Positions 1 through 7,136 are shown, counted from the stretch's first letter. The stretch is 10,914 bases of DNA from an uncultured Micrococcus sp. (GCA_946222435.1 CAMIOJ010000044.1:1-10914), one strand, 5' to 3'. Notes: generated by a model from the sequence alone, not told the origin. Made by a program: numbers and translations.

Positions 1-60
1 TCCCCACCCCGCATCTGTCCTGCACCGACCCAACTACCTCCCTTCGACGAAAGGCATCAC

Positions 61-1335
61 GTGGAGTCACTCATCGTCGTGCTCGTCCTGATCGCCGTGG
101 TGGTGATGATCCTGGCCTCCTCGGTCAAGATCGTGCCCCAGGCGCGGACGGCCAACATCGAGCGCCTGGGCAAGTACCAGCGCACCGCCGGAGCCGGCCT
201 GACGCTGGTCATCCCGTTCATCGACCGCATGCTCCCCCACATGGACATGCGTGAGCAGGTCGTCTCCTTCCCGCCGCAGCCGGTGATCACCGAGGACAAC
301 CTCGTGGTCTCCATCGACACGGTGGTCTACTTCCAGGTGACCGACGCCAAAGCGGCCACCTACGAGATCGCCAACTACATCCACGCCGTGGAGCAGCTGA
401 CCACCACCACCCTGCGCAACGTGGTCGGCGGCATGAACCTGGAGGAGGCCCTGACCTCGCGCGACGCCATCAACAACCAGCTGCGCGGTGTCCTGGACGA
501 GGCCACCGGCAAGTGGGGCCTGCGCGTCTCCCGCGTGGAGCTCAAGGCGATCGACCCGCCGCACTCCATCCAGGATTCCATGGAGAAGCAGATGCGCGCC
601 GAGCGCGACCGCCGTGCGGCCATCCTCACCGCAGAGGGCACCAAGCAGGCGCAGATCCTCACCGCCGAGGGTGAGCGCCAGGCCCAGATCCTCGCCGCCG
701 AGGGCGACGCCCAGGCACGCATCCTGCGGGCCAACGCCGAGGCCGAGGCCATCGACGTGGTGTTCGACGCCATCCATGCCGGCGGCGCCGACCCGGACGT
801 GCTGGCCTACCAGTACCTGCAGCAGCTGCCCAAGATCGCCGAGGGCCAGTCCAACACCATGTTCGTGGTCCCCGCCGAGCTCACCGAGGCCCTCAAGGGG
901 ATCGGCGGCGCCTTCTCCGGCGGCGGATCGCCGCTGTCGGCCGCCCGCGCGGACTCCGGGGAGCAGTCGGAGGGTGCGCGGGAGCGCGCCGACCGCCGGG
1001 AGCGCCGGGAGCGCAGGGCACGCCCCACCACGGCGGACGGGCTGCGCTCCACCGGCGTCATGGAGTCCATGACCGCCGGTGCCATGACGGCGGACAAGAT
1101 GCCGCAGACCTCGCTGGACGAGGCCCTCGCCGTCCCCCAGGACCTCGAGGTGCCGCTCGCGGACGGTGAGTCCGGCCGCACCGCCCCGGGCACCACGGCC
1201 GCCGGTGCACCGGAGGCGCAGGAGCTGCCCGACCGGGACGCCGAGGGTCCGCGCGGCCTTGAGGCCGCTCCGGGGGCGGCCGCCGGCGGTGTGAACGACC
1301 TTCCCACGGAGGATCCGCGCCCCGGACGGGAATGA
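61..1335 (+). CDS. SPFH/band-7 family membrane protein (stomatin/QmcA-like) with a ~140-aa low-complexity acidic/Pro/Ala C-terminal tail
   Basis: GTG start at 61 with GAAAGG 7 nt upstream. An N-terminal TM helix is followed by the SVKIVPQ..RFGKY..GL..V.PFIDR motif, which aligns with E. coli QmcA (GVKIVPQG..ERFGRY..PGL..VVPFMDR). The AILTAEG / AQILTAEGE / AQILAAEGD coiled-coil repeats are typical of SPFH proteins. Third-codon positions are strongly G/C throughout, including the tail. The reading frame is open to the window edge, but no start codon precedes position 61. Confidence 0.85.
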   Translation: MESLIVVLVLIAVVVMILASSVKIVPQARTANIERLGKYQRTAGAGLTLVIPFIDRMLPHMDMREQVVSFPPQPVITEDNLVVSIDTVVYFQVTDAKAATYEIANYIHAVEQLTTTTLRNVVGGMNLEEALTSRDAINNQLRGVLDEATGKWGLRVSRVELKAIDPPHSIQDSMEKQMRAERDRRAAILTAEGTKQAQILTAEGERQAQILAAEGDAQARILRANAEAEAIDVVFDAIHAGGADPDVLAYQYLQQLPKIAEGQSNTMFVVPAELTEALKGIGGAFSGGGSPLSAARADSGEQSEGARERADRRERRERRARPTTADGLRSTGVMESMTAGAMTADKMPQTSLDEALAVPQDLEVPLADGESGRTAPGTTAAGAPEAQELPDRDAEGPRGLEAAPGAAAGGVNDLPTEDPRPGRE

Positions 1336-1354
1336 CATGCGAGAATCATCCGTT
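1329..1354 (+). promoter_or_regulatory. Candidate SigR/SigH-type (ECF, thiol-oxidative stress) promoter for rbpA: GGAAT-N18-GTT
   Basis: The sequence cGGGAATgacatgcgagaatcatccGTTgaa matches the SigR/SigH consensus GGAAT-N18-GTT exactly. It overlaps the TGA stop of the SPFH gene and lies ~78 nt upstream of the rbpA GTG. rbpA is a known SigR target in Streptomyces. The A/T-containing 8 specified positions have a low chance expectation in a 72% GC window. Confidence 0.45.
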
Positions 1355-1371
1355 GAACTCAACTGATGAGT

Positions 1372-1404
1372 GGGCGATGCCCGGGTCCTGCCCGGGCATC
1401 GCCC
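1372..1404 (+). other. Perfect 14-bp GC-rich stem-loop (GGGCGATGCCCGGG-tcctg-CCCGGGCATCGCCC) between the SPFH gene and rbpA
   Basis: The inverted repeat was read directly. It sits 37 nt after the SPFH stop and 28 nt before the rbpA GTG. There is no U-tract. It could be a factor-dependent or read-through terminator for the upstream gene, a structured element in the rbpA leader, or both. Confidence 0.5.
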
Positions 1405-1431
1405 GACGGCCAACCAGAGGGAGATGAGAAC

Positions 1432-1770
1432 GTGAGCGATCGCAGCCTGCGAGGCATGCGCCTGGGCGCCCAGTCGCTGGAGTCCGAGGCCGGCGTGGAG
1501 CCCGCGGCCCGTCAGCGGGTCGAGTACCGCTGCGAGGACGGCGAGCAGGTGTTCGTCACCTTCGCCGCCGAGGCCGACATCCCGGCCACGTGGACCTCCA
1601 AGACCGGCAAGGAGGCCTTCCTCGTGGACGGCACCAAGCCGGAGGAGGACGCCGGCAAGCCGGTCCGCACCCACTGGGACATGCTCCTGGAGCGCCGCTC
1701 CATGGAGGACCTGGAGGAGACCCTCCAGATCCAGCTCGGCAAGCTGCGCGCGAGCCGCGGCGAGGCCTGA
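1432..1770 (+). CDS. rbpA: RNA polymerase-binding protein RbpA
   Basis: GTG start preceded by GGGAGAtgagaac. The N-terminus VSDRSLRGMRLGAQS..QRVEYRCEDGEQVFVTFAAEADIPATWTSKTGKEAFLVDG...RTHWDMLLERRSMEDLEETL matches mycobacterial/streptomycete RbpA (MADRVLRGSRLGAVS...RTHWDMLLERRSIEELEELL) along its whole length, and the size is right (112 aa). The upstream part of ORF 1366..1770 runs through the hairpin and is not coding. Confidence 0.9.
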   Translation: MSDRSLRGMRLGAQSLESEAGVEPAARQRVEYRCEDGEQVFVTFAAEADIPATWTSKTGKEAFLVDGTKPEEDAGKPVRTHWDMLLERRSMEDLEETLQIQLGKLRASRGEA

Positions 1771-1810
1771 GCGGCACCGCTCCCCCGCCCGCCCGACGAG
1801 GGCAGGCGAC

Positions 1811-1854
1811 ACGAAGGGGCCGGACGATCCCCGAGGATCGTCCGGCCCCTTCGT
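1811..1854. terminator. Bidirectional intrinsic-type terminator hairpin between convergent rbpA and ppm1 (20-bp perfect stem, 4-nt loop)
   Basis: ACGAAGGGGCCGGACGATCC-ccga-GGATCGTCCGGCCCCTTCGT is a perfect inverted repeat. It lies 41 nt after the rbpA stop and 100 nt after the ppm1 stop on the opposite strand. A U-tract is lacking, as is common in high-GC Actinobacteria. Confidence 0.6.
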
Positions 1855-1881
1855 CTGTGGCGACGGCCCGTCCGAGTCGAT

Positions 1882-1926
1882 GGCCGAGGCGACCCGCCGC
1901 GGGCCGAGGCGCGTGAGGCCGAGGCG
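1882..1926. repeat. Three direct copies of GGCCGAGGCG (spacing 20 and 15 nt) in the ppm1 3' region
   Basis: Copies at 1882, 1902 and 1917 were read directly. The region is non-coding (only a spurious Arg-rich + ORF covers it). Confidence 0.4.
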
Positions 1927-1953
1927 GGCGGCCGTCGTCGTGGGTCCTCCGGG

Positions 1954-2688
1954 TCAGCGGCCGGCGAGGACCTGCTTCAGGCGGTCCCAGCGGGCCTGGA
2001 GCCCCCACTTGGTCACGTTGGTCACGGCTTCAGTGATGATGTTGCCGGACATCTTGGACTCGCCGAACTCCCGCTCCACGAAGGTGATCGGCACCTCCAC
2101 GATGCGCTTGCCCAGGCGCGCCGTGCGGAAGGTCATGTCCACCTGGAAGCCGTAGCCCTTGGACTGCACGGCCGCCAGGTCCATCTCCCGGAGGGTCTGG
2201 GCGCGGTATGCCCGGTATCCGGCGGTGATGTCCGTAAGGTCCAGGCCCAGCATCAGGCGCGGGTACAGGGAGCCGCACATGCTGATGAGCTTGCGGTGGG
2301 CAGGCCAGTTGACCATCTTGCCGCCCGGGACGCGGCGGGAGCCGATCACCAGGTCCGCGCCGTGGATCGCGTCCAGCAGCCGCGGCAGCTGCTCGGGCTG
2401 GTGCGAGCCGTCGGCGTCCATCTCCACCAGCACGTCGTAGCCGCGCTCCAGGCCCCAGGCGAACCCGGCCAGGTAGGCGCCGCCCAGTCCGTTCTTCTCG
2501 GCGCGGTGCAGGACATGCACCTTCGCGTCAGCGGCGGAGCGCTCGTCCGCCCAGGCGCCGGTGCCGTCCGGGGAGCCGTCGTCCACGACGAGCACGTCCA
2601 CCTCCGGGTTCGCCTCGCGCAGGCGTCCGAGGGTGATCGGCAGCGACTCGATCTCGTTGTACGTCGGAATGATGGTCAGCACGCGCAT
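1954..2688 (-). CDS. ppm1: Polyprenol-phosphate mannose synthase (GT2 family, Ppm1 / Dpm1-like)
   Basis: [41 protein letters not shown] is the canonical GT2 polyprenol-P-mannose synthase motif set (DxD/ED, DGS). Length is 244 aa. AGGAGGGG is present 8-9 nt upstream of the ATG. The convergent rbpA/ppm1 arrangement mirrors Rv2050/Rv2051c in Mycobacterium. Confidence 0.9.
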   Translation of the reverse strand: MRVLTIIPTYNEIESLPITLGRLREANPEVDVLVVDDGSPDGTGAWADERSAADAKVHVLHRAEKNGLGGAYLAGFAWGLERGYDVLVEMDADGSHQPEQLPRLLDAIHGADLVIGSRRVPGGKMVNWPAHRKLISMCGSLYPRLMLGLDLTDITAGYRAYRAQTLREMDLAAVQSKGYGFQVDMTFRTARLGKRIVEVPITFVEREFGESKMSGNIITEAVTNVTKWGLQARWDRLKQVLAGR

Positions 2689-2825
2689 GCGGGCGTTCCC
2701 CTCCTGGGTGGGTTCGTGTGAGCGCCGGCGGGTCCGTCGGACACCGGGCCGTCTCCGGTGCGCCGCTCGACCGGTGCGGTCGCGGGCGTGCGCGAGCGGC
2801 CCGCGGCGCGCGGGTCATCCGCCCC

Positions 2826-2831
2826 AGTATA
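2826..2831 (-). promoter_or_regulatory. Possible -10 hexamer TATACT for ppm1 (long ~130-nt leader); weak -35
   Basis: TATACT (read on the - strand) is the only good TATAAT-like hexamer in the 223-bp intergenic region upstream of ppm1. I could not find a convincing -35. Speculative. Confidence 0.2.
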
Positions 2832-2911
2832 GGAACCCGTGGATGAGTTCACGTGCAGGCCGTGCCGGCCGTGCCGGAGCGGACGGGCGGGAGTGTTCGG
2901 CGCGGCGCGCG

Positions 2912-3997
2912 TCAGGCGCCCGCTAAGTGACCGCCGATCCAGGCGGAGTCCAACCGCGGCAGCTCCTCCCCCGCGTCCAGGGAGGGCAGAAGCGGGGTGC
3001 CGGCGCGTGTGTCGGTGCTCCAGGCGGCCACCCGGCCGTCGGGCGCCTGCACCGTGACGGCGTCCGCGTGCCAGACCGCGAAGCTGGCCGGCGCGGAGAC
3101 GGTCAGGCGGGCGGGCAGGTCGACCCGTGCCGCGGGCGTGTCGGACAGGGCCCGCAGCCCGGTGCGCGTGGCGGCGGTGAAGGCGGAGCGTGCGGACACC
3201 CGCTGTGCGGGGTCCTCGTGGTGCAGGACGGCGCGCACGGCGGCCCAGGGGTTCTCGGCGCCGGCCAGCGACAGGGACACGGGGACGGCGCCGGCCAGCA
3301 GACCCGCCACCGGGGCCTCGGTGCGGCCCGCGGCGTCCACGAGTGCGGTGACGGAGGCGGACATGCCCGCCAGGAAGTGGTCCTCCTCCTCCGTCAGCGC
3401 CGCGGCGACGGTGAGGCGCGGGCGGGTCCGGCCGATGGCCGGGATGCCGCAGGCCTTCTCCGCGGCGCGCAGCGCGGCGAGGGCCGCGGCCTGTGCCGCG
3501 CGGGGAGCCTCCGGGTCCGCGAGGTCCGAGGGGACCAGGTACACCTGCTCGCCGGACTGCACCGCCGCCACCACCGCGGCATCGAGCTCCGGCTGGTCCA
3601 GGGCGTCCGCCGCGAACCACACGCCCGCGGCCGGCTCGTCGCCCTCGGCGTCGGAGGCATGGTTCCGGTACCCGACGACGGCCACCGCCCGGTCCGCGTC
3701 CGTCGCCTCGGCTCCGGAGCCGCGTCCGGCATGGTCGCCGGTCCAGCCGTGGAGGACCGTGGAGAGCCCGATGCCGCGCCGGGTCGCGCCCGCCACCGAG
3801 GAGGACAGCGGGTCGACGAACAGCGGTGCCAGGACCGCGCCGTCGAGGTCGCGCTCGGCCGTGCCGTCGCGCCGGAAGGCGGCGACGGTGTCGTCGCCGC
3901 CGAGCCAGGCGATGGTGCCGGCCTCGACGAGCAGTGCCGTGGCATAGGGATCGGTGGGGGAATGGACGATGCCGTGGTGGAACAGGAGAGCGCTCAC
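2912..3997 (-). CDS. Amidohydrolase-family-like protein with a degenerate metal-binding motif (HxH replaced by P-L-S-S)
   Basis: GTG start. The N-terminus MSALLFHHGIVHSPTDPYATALLVEAGTIAWLGGDD...ERDLDGAVLAPLFVDPLSS follows the amidohydrolase N-terminal pattern (LLI.NG.I.T.D.....ALLIEDGRI.AVG......EVIDL.G..LLPGFID.HVH), but the HxH dyad is absent. Third-codon positions are very G/C-rich in this frame. The overlapping + ORF 2927..4543 is Gly/Arg-rich junk. Confidence 0.6.
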   Translation of the reverse strand: MSALLFHHGIVHSPTDPYATALLVEAGTIAWLGGDDTVAAFRRDGTAERDLDGAVLAPLFVDPLSSSVAGATRRGIGLSTVLHGWTGDHAGRGSGAEATDADRAVAVVGYRNHASDAEGDEPAAGVWFAADALDQPELDAAVVAAVQSGEQVYLVPSDLADPEAPRAAQAAALAALRAAEKACGIPAIGRTRPRLTVAAALTEEEDHFLAGMSASVTALVDAAGRTEAPVAGLLAGAVPVSLSLAGAENPWAAVRAVLHHEDPAQRVSARSAFTAATRTGLRALSDTPAARVDLPARLTVSAPASFAVWHADAVTVQAPDGRVAAWSTDTRAGTPLLPSLDAGEELPRLDSAWIGGHLAGA

Positions 3998-4001
3998 GGG
4001 T

Positions 4002-4013
4002 CCCAGCCTAGTG
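4002..4013 (-). promoter_or_regulatory. Leaderless-type promoter: -10 TAGGCT (TANNNT) 7 nt upstream of the GTG of the amidohydrolase-like gene, within the shared motif CACTAGGCTGGG
   Basis: The - strand reads ...cggcggCACTAGGCTGGGACCC-GTG. There is no SD. The -10-to-start spacing is typical of actinobacterial leaderless mRNAs. The same 12-mer occurs upstream of helY (7125..7136). Confidence 0.4.
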
Positions 4014-4112
4014 CCGCCGGCCCGGATGCGCCCGGGGTTCCTCCCCGCCGGGTGGGAAGGAGTACGCCGTCACGGGGGGCAGCCCCCAGGGCGGCTCCCG
4101 GAGACCCACGGG

Positions 4113-7100
4113 TCAGTCCGCGACGCCCACGGCCGGCAGCGACGTCGCCACGACCCCGCGGGCGACCAGGTCGGCCGCCCGGCGGCAGTCACGGGTGCGG
4201 GCCTCGTCCCCCGGGACCTGCGCGAGCTGGCCGAGCATGTCGATCACCTGCCGGGCCCAGCGGACGAAGTCCCCGGCGGCGAGGTCCGAGCCGTGCAGGG
4301 TGTCCCGCAGCGACCTGCCGCGCACCCAACGGTGCAGGGGGACCACCAGGCCCGGGTCCGTCTCCGGCGTGGGATCGAGCCGGGCTGCGGCCTCGTCCCG
4401 CCGGAGCCGGTCCTGCAGCCGCTCCGTGGCCTCGTGGACCGCCTGCAGTCGAGCATTCGGCATCACCACGGACCCGGCGAGCGGCTCCGAGCGTCCCTGG
4501 AAGACGAGCAGGGCGGCCAGGCAGGCCCAGTCCTCCGGGGTGAGCCGGGAGACGGAGGGGTCCTGGAGGACGAGGGAGGTCAGCAGGTCCCGCTCGCCGT
4601 AGATGCGGCGCAGGGCCTGGCCGGGCGCCTCCACTGCCTCGCGTGGGTTCCCGGGGTCGGAGCCCACGTAGCCGTAGTCCTGGAGGAGTCCGACGATGCG
4701 GTCGAACGCGGCGGAGAGCGTGTTGGTGCGGCCGGCGATGCGGTCCCGGAGCTTCGTCACGTCTCGGCGCAGCCCCCACCAGCGCTCGGCCCAGCGCGCG
4801 TGCTCCTCCCGGTCCGGGCAGGAATGGCAGGGATGGGACTGCAGCCGGCGGCGGAGCTGTTCGACCTGGGGCGACTCCTCCGGCTCCGTGCGGCGGAACC
4901 CTGCCCGGTGGCGGCCCCCCGACGGCGGCCTGTGGGTGCGCACCGCCTCCCGCATCTTCGCGGCCACGTCCTTGCGCTGGGACGGGGACTTCACCTGCAG
5001 CAGCTGCGGCAGGTCCGCTCCGGCGATCGGCTCGACCGGCTCGACGAGGTCGTCCATGCCGACGCGGCGCAGCTGGGCCTTGTCCGTGATCACCCCGACG
5101 CGCGGGTTCTGCGGGTTCCCCGCAGGGAACACCACCACGCATCGGCCCAGCGCGCGGCCCTGGCGCAGGTCGACCACGTCACCGACGGCCAGTTCGGAGA
5201 GCGACTCCTTCAGCGCGCCGAGCCGCGCGCGTTTCCGCCCCTGCGACCCGGCCTTCTCGGCTCCGGCGAGCTCCTTGCGCAGCCGCATGTACTCGGACAT
5301 GTCCCCGCGCTCGCACTGCATGGCCTCCGCGTACTGCTGCAGCGAGGACTCCTTCTCCCGGACCTGACGGGCCAGGCCGACCACGGAGCGGTCCGCCTGG
5401 AACTGGGCGAACGAGGACTCGAGGATCCCGCGGGCCCGCCGCACACCCACCTGGGCCAGCAGGTTCACGGACATGTTGTACGTGGGCCGGAAGGCCGACT
5501 TCAGCGGGTAGGTGCGCTTGGAGGCCAGGCCGGCGACCGCCGCGGGGTTCAGCCCGGGGCGCCACAGGACGACGGCGTGGCCCTCCACGTCGATGCCGCG
5601 ACGGCCGGCTCGTCCGGTGAGCTGGGTGTACTCCCCCGGCGTCACGTCCACGTGGGACTCGCCGTTGAACTTCACCAGCTTCTCCAGCACCACCGACCGC
5701 GCCGGCATGTTCACGCCGAGCGCCAGCGTCTCGGTGGCGAAGACCACCTTGAGGGCGCCGGCCGCGAACAGGTCCTCCACTGCCTCCTTGATGGGCGGCA
5801 GCAGGCCGGCATGGTGGGCCGCGAAGCCACGGGAGAGCCCGTCCCGCCAGCCCCAGAATCCGAGGACACCGAGGTCCTCGGGGGGAAGCAGACGGGCCAC
5901 CTCGTCCGTGCGTTCGAGGATCAGGCGCTTCTCGGCCTCGGTGGTGAGGTCCAGGTCCGCGGCCAGGCACTGCTCCACGGCGCCGTCGCAGCCGGCGCGG
6001 GAGAAGATGAAGGTGATCGAGGGCAGCAGCCCCTCACGGTCCAGGGTGCGGACCATCTCCGGGCGTGAGGTGCGCAGGCCGTGGTTGCGGTGCTCGCGCG
6101 GACCGACGCTGCCCTGGACGCCGCGGTCGGCGTTCCATGCGGAGGAACGGGATCCTCCGCGGCGCTCGCCGGCGCGGCCGGCGTCCCCGCCGCGTCCACC
6201 CTTGCGTCCCCTGGCGCGGCCCCGGCCGCCGGGACCGCCGCGGCCACGGCCCGGGGCGCCCCTGCCTCGGCCGCCGCGCCCGGGGCGGCCCCAGTCCGCT
6301 CTCTCGGCCTGGCGGGATGCGCCGGTCGCCAGCCGCGCGAGCTCGGGGTTGAGGACGGTGGCGCCGTCGTCCTCGGCCGAGTCCTCGAAGGAGACGTCCT
6401 CGGCGAAGAGGTCGTAGAGGCGCGGCCCGGCCATGACGTGCTGCCACAGCGGCACGGGGCGGTGCTCGGAGACGATCACGGAGGTCGCGCCGCGGACGGT
6501 GTCCAGCCAGGCGCCGAACTCCTCAGCGTTGGACACGGTCGCCGAGAGGGACACCACCTGCACATGCTCGGGCAGGTGGATGATGACCTCCTCCCACACC
6601 GGCCCGCGGAAGCGGTCTCCGAGGTAGTGGACCTCGTCCATGACCACGCTGGCCAGGCCGGTGAGGGCATCGGAGTCCGCGTAGAGCATGTTGCGCAGGA
6701 CCTCGGTGGTCATGACCACCACCTCCGCGTCCGGGTTCACCGAGGTGTCGCCCGTCAGGAGTCCGACGCGCTCGGGACCGTGCACCGCGGCGAGGTCCGC
6801 GAACTTCTGGTTGCTCAGCGCCTTGATCGGCGTCGTGTAGAAGGCCCGGCCGCCCTGGGACAGGGCCAGGTGCACGGCGAACTCGCCCACGACCGTCTTG
6901 CCGGAGCCGGTCGGTGCGGCGACGAGCACCCCGTGGCCGGCCTCGACCTCGGTGCAGGCCTTCACCTGGAACTCGTCGAGGGGGAAGCCGAGGGTGGCCG
7001 CGAATTGGGCGAGGCGGCTGCCCGAGTGCTGCCGGGCCCGGCGGGAGGCGGCGTACCGCTCGGCGGGGCTGAGGGCCGGCTCATCGTCGGGCGAGGGTGT

Positions 7101-7121
7101 CAGGTGCGGGGAGTCGGCCAT
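4113..7121 (-). CDS. helY: Ski2/Mtr4-like DExH-box RNA helicase HelY with an expanded Arg/Gly-rich insertion
   Basis: All helicase motifs are present: AAPTGSGKT (I), VVMDEVHYL (II, DEVH), LSATVSN (III), FATETLALGVNMPA (V), QLTGRAGRRGID (VI). The C-terminal region resembles mycobacterial HelY (DSHCT-like). The protein is 1002 aa, against ~900 aa for mycobacterial HelY. It is co-linear with tatC and tatA as in Rv2092c-Rv2094c. Confidence 0.9.
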   Translation of the reverse strand: MADSPHLTPSPDDEPALSPAERYAASRRARQHSGSRLAQFAATLGFPLDEFQVKACTEVEAGHGVLVAAPTGSGKTVVGEFAVHLALSQGGRAFYTTPIKALSNQKFADLAAVHGPERVGLLTGDTSVNPDAEVVVMTTEVLRNMLYADSDALTGLASVVMDEVHYLGDRFRGPVWEEVIIHLPEHVQVVSLSATVSNAEEFGAWLDTVRGATSVIVSEHRPVPLWQHVMAGPRLYDLFAEDVSFEDSAEDDGATVLNPELARLATGASRQAERADWGRPGRGGRGRGAPGRGRGGPGGRGRARGRKGGRGGDAGRAGERRGGSRSSAWNADRGVQGSVGPREHRNHGLRTSRPEMVRTLDREGLLPSITFIFSRAGCDGAVEQCLAADLDLTTEAEKRLILERTDEVARLLPPEDLGVLGFWGWRDGLSRGFAAHHAGLLPPIKEAVEDLFAAGALKVVFATETLALGVNMPARSVVLEKLVKFNGESHVDVTPGEYTQLTGRAGRRGIDVEGHAVVLWRPGLNPAAVAGLASKRTYPLKSAFRPTYNMSVNLLAQVGVRRARGILESSFAQFQADRSVVGLARQVREKESSLQQYAEAMQCERGDMSEYMRLRKELAGAEKAGSQGRKRARLGALKESLSELAVGDVVDLRQGRALGRCVVVFPAGNPQNPRVGVITDKAQLRRVGMDDLVEPVEPIAGADLPQLLQVKSPSQRKDVAAKMREAVRTHRPPSGGRHRAGFRRTEPEESPQVEQLRRRLQSHPCHSCPDREEHARWAERWWGLRRDVTKLRDRIAGRTNTLSAAFDRIVGLLQDYGYVGSDPGNPREAVEAPGQALRRIYGERDLLTSLVLQDPSVSRLTPEDWACLAALLVFQGRSEPLAGSVVMPNARLQAVHEATERLQDRLRRDEAAARLDPTPETDPGLVVPLHRWVRGRSLRDTLHGSDLAAGDFVRWARQVIDMLGQLAQVPGDEARTRDCRRAADLVARGVVATSLPAVGVAD

Positions 7122-7124
7122 GGA

Positions 7125-7136
7125 CCCAGCCTAGTG
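7125..7136 (-). promoter_or_regulatory. Leaderless-type promoter: -10 TAGGCT 6 nt upstream of the helY ATG, within the shared motif CACTAGGCTGGG
   Basis: The - strand reads ...gccccCACTAGGCTGGGTCC-ATG. There is no SD. The 12-mer is identical to the one at 4002..4013. Confidence 0.4.

Noticed and set aside
45-54. 10-mer CGACGAAAGG shared between the SPFH upstream region (+) and the tatA upstream region (- strand, 8481..8490)
   Set aside because: Both are just SD contexts (GAAAGG). Across both strands of a 10.9-kb window roughly 100 chance 10-mer matches are expected, so this is not significant.
1366-1431. Upstream extension of the rbpA ORF (ATG at 1366)
   Set aside because: The extension runs through the perfect hairpin and has no homology. 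The GTG at 1432 has an RBS and aligns with the RbpA N-terminus (M/V-x-D-R-x-L-R-G).
67-1812. 581-aa ORF on the - strand spanning the SPFH gene and rbpA
   Set aside because: It is antisense to two well-supported genes. Its composition is Gly/Arg/Leu/His-rich with no domain-like pattern. It is a typical stop-poor antisense frame in high-GC DNA.
2528-2818. 96-aa - strand ORF starting in the ppm1 upstream region and overlapping the ppm1 5' end out of frame
   Set aside because: It is an Arg/Pro-rich low-complexity translation with no support. It could only be a uORF artefact.
2676-4543. ORFs 2927..4543 (+, 538 aa), 2676..3620 (-, 314 aa) and 2997..3947 (+) overlapping the amidohydrolase-like gene
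   Set aside because: They are Arg/Gly/Pro-rich junk frames. Only the 2912..3997 - frame shows amidohydrolase-like N-terminal motifs together with a strong third-position G/C bias.
4700-4760. C-x-x-C (HPCHSCPDREEH) in the HelY C-terminal region as a possible zinc knuckle
   Set aside because: It is a single CxxC with no second ligand pair. From memory the corresponding mycobacterial HelY segment lacks the cysteines, so this is probably incidental.
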